Below the pieces are notes generated by a model that had not been told where the DNA came from, did no database searches, and was given only the letters and a program-made list of their open reading frames with translations. From an uncultured bacterium (GTDB lineage Bacteria > Abyssobacteria > SURF-5), in the NCBI GenBank assembly GCA_964510165.1, contig CAZEBC010000014.1:21425-42183 (forward strand): a stretch of DNA of 20,759 nucleotides, given 5' to 3'. Positions within the stretch are counted from its first letter, which is position 1; the number at the start of each line of letters is the position of its first letter. This document shows, piece by piece, positions 16,672-20,759 of this stretch. Position numbers and translations under genes: made by a program.

Positions 16672-19269
16672 ATGAGCGTTCGTCACGCGAAACAACCACT
16701 GACACCGGAACGGAAGGCTTATCTCGACCGGCTGGTCGAGCGCGCCAAGCTTGCCGCCGCCGAGTTCTCACAGTTCTCGCAGGAACAGGTGGACGCGGTC
16801 GCAAAGGCCATGGTGATGGCGGGCCTTCGCAACGCCAAGAAACTCGCGCGGCTCGCGGTCGATGAGAGCAAGCTCGGCATCTTCGAGGACAAGGTCCTCA
16901 AGAATTTCGTCGCGACCGAGTTCGTCTGGAATCACATCAAGGACAAGCGCACCGTCGGCGTGATACGCGAGTATCCCGAGCGCAACCTGATGGAGGTGGC
17001 CGAGCCCATCGGCGTCATCCTCTCTATCACGCCCATCACCAATCCGACCGGCACCGTTCTGTTCAAGTGCATCACGTGTCTCAAGACGCGCAACACGCTC
17101 ATCTTCTCGCCGCATTTCCGTACAGCCAAATGCTGCCTCGAGTCGGCCCGCGTCATGGCTGAAGCCGCCGCCCGGGCGGGCGCTCCCGAGGGAGTCATCT
17201 CATGCATCGAGGAGCCTACCGTCGAGGATACGCAGTATCTGTTCAGACACCCTGACATTCAACTGGTTGACGCGACCGGCGGCACGAGCCTGGTGAAGGC
17301 CGCTTACAGCACGGGCAAGCCTGCACTCGGCGTAGGCGCGGGCAACACTCCGTGTTATCTTCACAAGAGCGCCGACATAGACATGGCGGTCGTGGATATC
17401 ATCGTTTCGAAGACATTCGACAACGGAACGGTGTGCGCGTCTGAACAGACGATTGCGATCGACAGAGAGATATATGACGAGGTAATCGAGAAATTCGCGG
17501 GACTCGGCGCGCATATCGCCAGCGACGATGAAGTCCGCAGACTCGAGCGAACCGTCATCCATCAGGAAACCGGGATGATGCATCCGCTCGCCGTCGGCCA
17601 GAGCGCGCAGGACATCGCGAGGCAGTGCGGCATCGAGATGTCCCCCCAGGCGCGCCTCATCATCGCACCGCTCAAGGGCGTCGGGCCCGGCCATCCGCTT
17701 TCCGTCGAAAAGCTGTTTCCGGTGCTCGGCGTGATACCCGTCAACTCCGAGGAAGACGCGATAAATGTGTGCCTGGACATCAGCTACAGCGGCGGACTCG
17801 GCCACACCGCCTCCATATTCGCAACCGATGAAGACGTCATCAAGCGGTTCGCCGCGAATCTGAACGCGGGCCGCATCGTCGTCAATTCGCCTGCGACAAT
17901 AGGCGGACTCGGCGGCGTGTACAACGATCTCTCGCCCACGTTCTCATTCGGCTGCGGCACAGGAGGCGGCAACATCACGATGGACAACCTGAATATTTAC
18001 CATTACATGAACATAAAGCGCGTGGCGCGCCGTACGCCGGGCAACGCATGGTTCCGCCTCCCCAACCAGATCTATTTCAATTTCAACTCCCTCGAAAATC
18101 TGCGAGGCATCAACTCGGAAACCACGGTCATCATTAGCACAAAGGGCGCCGAGAAGCGAGGCCACATTGACATTGTGCGCTCGTTCCTGAACCAGAGCAT
18201 CCATGTGCATGCGTTCTCGGAGGTCGAACCCGAACCGACGCTCGCCACCGTCCTCAACGGCGTCCGCGTCCTCAACAATTATCGGCCCGACCACATCATC
18301 GCCATCGGCGGCGGCTCCGTGATTGACGCCGCCAAGGCGATGCGTCTGTTCTACGAACACCCGGAAATCAAGTTCGAGGAACTCGCGCTGCCGTTCCTCG
18401 ACCCGCGCAAACGCGTGACCGAATACCCCGCGCCTTCGCCCGACCGGCCTCGCCTCGTGGCCGTGCCGACCACCAGCGGCACCGGCGCCGAGGTGACTCC
18501 GTTCGCCGTCATCACCGATTGCGAAACCCGCCGCAAGATAATGCTGAGCGATTACTCGCTTGTGCCCGACATGGCCATAGTCGATCCGACGCTCGTAATG
18601 CACCTGCCGCCCGCCGTCACCGTGGACACCGGCATGGATGTGCTCACGCATGCGCTCGAGGCGCATGTCTCCATCGCCGCGTCGCGCTACACCGACTCGC
18701 TCACGCTCCAGGCGATACGGCTTGTGTTCAATTACCTTCCGCGCGCCTTCAACGACCCGAGCGATTACGAGGCCCGCGAGAATATGCACAACGCATCGTG
18801 CATCGCAGGGATTGCCATAAGCAATGCGTTCGTCGGGGTCAATCACGCGCTCGCCCACAGCCTCGGGGCGACGTTCAATATCCCGCATGGAAGAGCAAAC
18901 GGTGTGCTTCTGCCTTACACCGTCAAATACAACGCCTCGACGCCGACCAAATTCATGCCGCATCCCAACATCAAAGCCTACGTGGCCGACAAGAAATACG
19001 CCGAGGCCGCGACCTTTGCGGGACTGAAAGGCGAGAGCACTTCCGAAAAGGTGAACGCGCTGATCGAGGCAATCCTTGAGCTTCTGAAAACGTGCAACGT
19101 GCCGACTACGATCAAGGGGCTGGGGATTTCCGAAAAGGAATTTCAGAGAGCGCTGCCAGATCTCATCGACAAGGCGTTCGACGACCCGAGCAGCCGCTCC
19201 AACCCGCGCTACCCGATGGTCGACGAAATAGACGAGCTTTTCCAGCGCGCATACTTCGGAAAACTATAA
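16672..19269 (+). CDS. adhE: Bifunctional acetaldehyde-CoA/alcohol dehydrogenase AdhE
   Basis: ATG at 16672 with GAGG RBS, 865 aa. ALDH domain: GVGAGNTP, KTFDNGTVCASEQ. Linker: FGCGTGGGN. Fe-ADH domain: GGGSVIDAAK, PTTSGTGAE, DVLTHALE, HALAH, HGRAN. Confidence 0.96.
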   Translation: MSVRHAKQPLTPERKAYLDRLVERAKLAAAEFSQFSQEQVDAVAKAMVMAGLRNAKKLARLAVDESKLGIFEDKVLKNFVATEFVWNHIKDKRTVGVIREYPERNLMEVAEPIGVILSITPITNPTGTVLFKCITCLKTRNTLIFSPHFRTAKCCLESARVMAEAAARAGAPEGVISCIEEPTVEDTQYLFRHPDIQLVDATGGTSLVKAAYSTGKPALGVGAGNTPCYLHKSADIDMAVVDIIVSKTFDNGTVCASEQTIAIDREIYDEVIEKFAGLGAHIASDDEVRRLERTVIHQETGMMHPLAVGQSAQDIARQCGIEMSPQARLIIAPLKGVGPGHPLSVEKLFPVLGVIPVNSEEDAINVCLDISYSGGLGHTASIFATDEDVIKRFAANLNAGRIVVNSPATIGGLGGVYNDLSPTFSFGCGTGGGNITMDNLNIYHYMNIKRVARRTPGNAWFRLPNQIYFNFNSLENLRGINSETTVIISTKGAEKRGHIDIVRSFLNQSIHVHAFSEVEPEPTLATVLNGVRVLNNYRPDHIIAIGGGSVIDAAKAMRLFYEHPEIKFEELALPFLDPRKRVTEYPAPSPDRPRLVAVPTTSGTGAEVTPFAVITDCETRRKIMLSDYSLVPDMAIVDPTLVMHLPPAVTVDTGMDVLTHALEAHVSIAASRYTDSLTLQAIRLVFNYLPRAFNDPSDYEARENMHNASCIAGIAISNAFVGVNHALAHSLGATFNIPHGRANGVLLPYTVKYNASTPTKFMPHPNIKAYVADKKYAEAATFAGLKGESTSEKVNALIEAILELLKTCNVPTTIKGLGISEKEFQRALPDLIDKAFDDPSSRSNPRYPMVDEIDELFQRAYFGKL

Positions 19270-19274
19270 GATTC

Positions 19275-19308
19275 GCCCTCTCCCTCCGGGAGAGGGTTGG
19301 GGTGAGGG
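19275..19308. repeat. BoxC/REP-like palindromic repeat, copy 2 (inverted relative to copy 1)
   Basis: GCCCTCTCCC-TCC-GGGAGAGGGTTGGGGTGAGGG, starting 6 nt after the adhE stop. Confidence 0.75.
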
Positions 19309-19394
19309 AAAAAAGAAGAACAAGCGATGTAACACAAATTGCAGGGGCGTCACGCTTCGGTGTGGCTGCGCCCAAGATGGAGGGGGGAACACAA

Positions 19395-19712
19395 ATGACC
19401 AAGAAGAAAAACGACGCCATTCAACACGCCGTGACGGGACGGTTCGACTCGAAGGCCGCCTGGCCGATTCTGGAAAGGCTTGAAACCGCGCCTTCCGACG
19501 CGGCCACCGAACTGGTTCTTGACTTCTCGGGCGTCAACCGCGTGACCGCCGACGGCATAACCTCGTTTCGCACCCTGGTCGACCAGGCGCAAGCCCGTGG
19601 AAAGAAGCTGGTAATCACCGGCATGCGCAGCGAGGCGTACAAGGCCCTCAAGATAGCGGGCGTCACCGACTCGCTCGTCTTCACGCACCGCTCCATCTCG
19701 CCGCAAAGTTGA
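19395..19712 (+). CDS. STAS domain protein (anti-sigma factor antagonist-like), 105 aa
   Basis: GGAGGG RBS, then ATG at 19395. The pattern VTGRFD...LVLDFSGVNRVTADGI...RGKKLVITG...LKIAGV matches the SpoIIAA/STAS fold. Confidence 0.8.
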   Translation: MTKKKNDAIQHAVTGRFDSKAAWPILERLETAPSDAATELVLDFSGVNRVTADGITSFRTLVDQAQARGKKLVITGMRSEAYKALKIAGVTDSLVFTHRSISPQS

Positions 19713-19805
19713 CAAACCGGCGCAGCACTCGGTCAAGTTGGGAATACCGCTTCGCATGGGGTTCTTGGTGTCCTTGGTGGTTAAAAGAACTTTGGCCGCC
19801 GACCT

Positions 19806-20549
19806 ATGAAATTCACCCCCAAAACCAACCGCCTTTATAACGACCTCGCCTGGCTGTGGCCGCTTTGGGGAACGCTCGAAGAATATAGAGAGGAAAGCGA
19901 GGCATTCATTTCGCTGATCCGTACGTTCGCCCGGACCGAAGTCCGCTCCCTCCTCGACGTAGGATGTGGCAGCGGCAAGCACACATTCCACTTCAAGAAG
20001 CAATTCGAGGTGACCGGTGTCGACATCAGCGAGCCGATGCTCGCCCAGGCAAGAAAACTGAATCCCGAATGCGCGTTCCATCTCGGCGATATGAGGACGC
20101 TCGATCTGAACCGCACATTCGACGCAGTCTTCATGAACGATCCCATCGCCTATATGACGACAAAGGAAGACCTGCTGGCCGCGTTCCAGACCGCCTATCG
20201 ACATCTCCACCCCGGAGGGGTCATGCTCGCGTTCGCCGAGTATGTAAAAGAGCGCTTCAAGCAGAACGCCACCGCCGTCTCAACAATCAAAGAACCCGAT
20301 CTGGACGTGGCGATCATGGAGAACAATTACGACCCGAACCCCCACGACGACACGTTCGAGACCACGTTCGTCTACCTTATTCGCAATAATGGGGTGCTGA
20401 CCATCGAGCACGACCTGCACACCATCGGCCTGTTTTCGCTGGACACATGGCGAGGTTTACTGAAACAATCGGGCTTCGAGGTCACCGAGCAATTGGTTCA
20501 TTTGGGTGATACTGAATTGACTGTATTCACATGCGTCAAACCATTGTGA
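19806..20549 (+). CDS. Class I SAM-dependent methyltransferase
   Basis: Motif I LLDVGCGSGKH, VTGVDISEPML, GDMRTL, FDAVF, HLHPGG. Confidence 0.9.
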   Translation: MKFTPKTNRLYNDLAWLWPLWGTLEEYREESEAFISLIRTFARTEVRSLLDVGCGSGKHTFHFKKQFEVTGVDISEPMLAQARKLNPECAFHLGDMRTLDLNRTFDAVFMNDPIAYMTTKEDLLAAFQTAYRHLHPGGVMLAFAEYVKERFKQNATAVSTIKEPDLDVAIMENNYDPNPHDDTFETTFVYLIRNNGVLTIEHDLHTIGLFSLDTWRGLLKQSGFEVTEQLVHLGDTELTVFTCVKPL

Positions 20550-20629
20550 ACCTTCGAAAATCCTCTCCTTTGCGCCCTTCGCGCTTTCGCGGTTGAATCA
20601 TCCTCTCGATCGGCCGGCCCGGCGGTTGC

Positions 20630-20759
20630 TCATTCCGGCGCCTTTATTGTAATCTTATTGAAGCCGAAATCCGTTGACCCTGAGGCATAGCCGCTGTCCG
20701 AAACCGCAAGTCGGAGGCCATCCGAATGGAACATATCATCTCGCACGAGGTCGGCATCT
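20630..20759 (-). CDS. Possible C-terminal end of a minus-strand gene entering from the right edge (unknown function)
   Basis: Open frame ...DADLVRDDMFHSDGLRLAVSDSGYASGSTDFGFNKITIKAPE* with TGA at 20632-20630, convergent with the methyltransferase. Only 42 sense codons are visible. Confidence 0.35.
   Translation of the reverse strand, partial: DADLVRDDMFHSDGLRLAVSDSGYASGSTDFGFNKITIKAPE

Noticed and set aside
19275-19320. Hairpin after adhE as an intrinsic terminator
   Set aside because: Followed by purines and an A-run, not a T-run. It is a copy of the palindromic repeat.
19092-19394. N-terminal extension of the 206-aa ORF 19092-19712
   Set aside because: Overlaps the adhE 3' end and the repeat. 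The STAS-like sequence and a strong RBS begin at ATG 19395.
16311-20594. Intergenic repeats as a CRISPR array or IS ends
   Set aside because: No regularly spaced identical repeats with unique spacers, no cas or transposase gene, and no target-site duplication evident.

Overview
A GC-rich bacterial chromosomal segment from a diderm (LPS-type) organism. Positions 1-16.25 kb hold one uninterrupted minus-strand run of 14 mostly housekeeping and envelope genes: uppS-cdsA-prfB (+1 programmed frameshift)-lysS-lolC/E-lolD-mcsA-mcsB-clpC-bamA-skp-like-skp-lpxD-like-lpxC/fabZ fusion (runs off the left edge). Three near-consensus sigma70 promoters sit at the head of and within this run. On the plus strand, transcribed divergently, are adhE, a small STAS-domain gene and a class I SAM methyltransferase, plus the possible 3' end of a minus-strand gene at the right edge. 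The most notable observations: (1) the LpxD homologue keeps its fold and uridine-binding domain but has lost the catalytic His and other active-site motifs, although it overlaps an intact LpxC; (2) an arginine-kinase/ClpC proteolysis module, with no ctsR in the window, is embedded in the outer-membrane biogenesis operon; (3) several families of short intergenic repeats, including a 34-bp inverted pair that brackets adhE. No mobile element, CRISPR array or RNA gene was found. All calls come from reading motifs by eye; no database searches were run.
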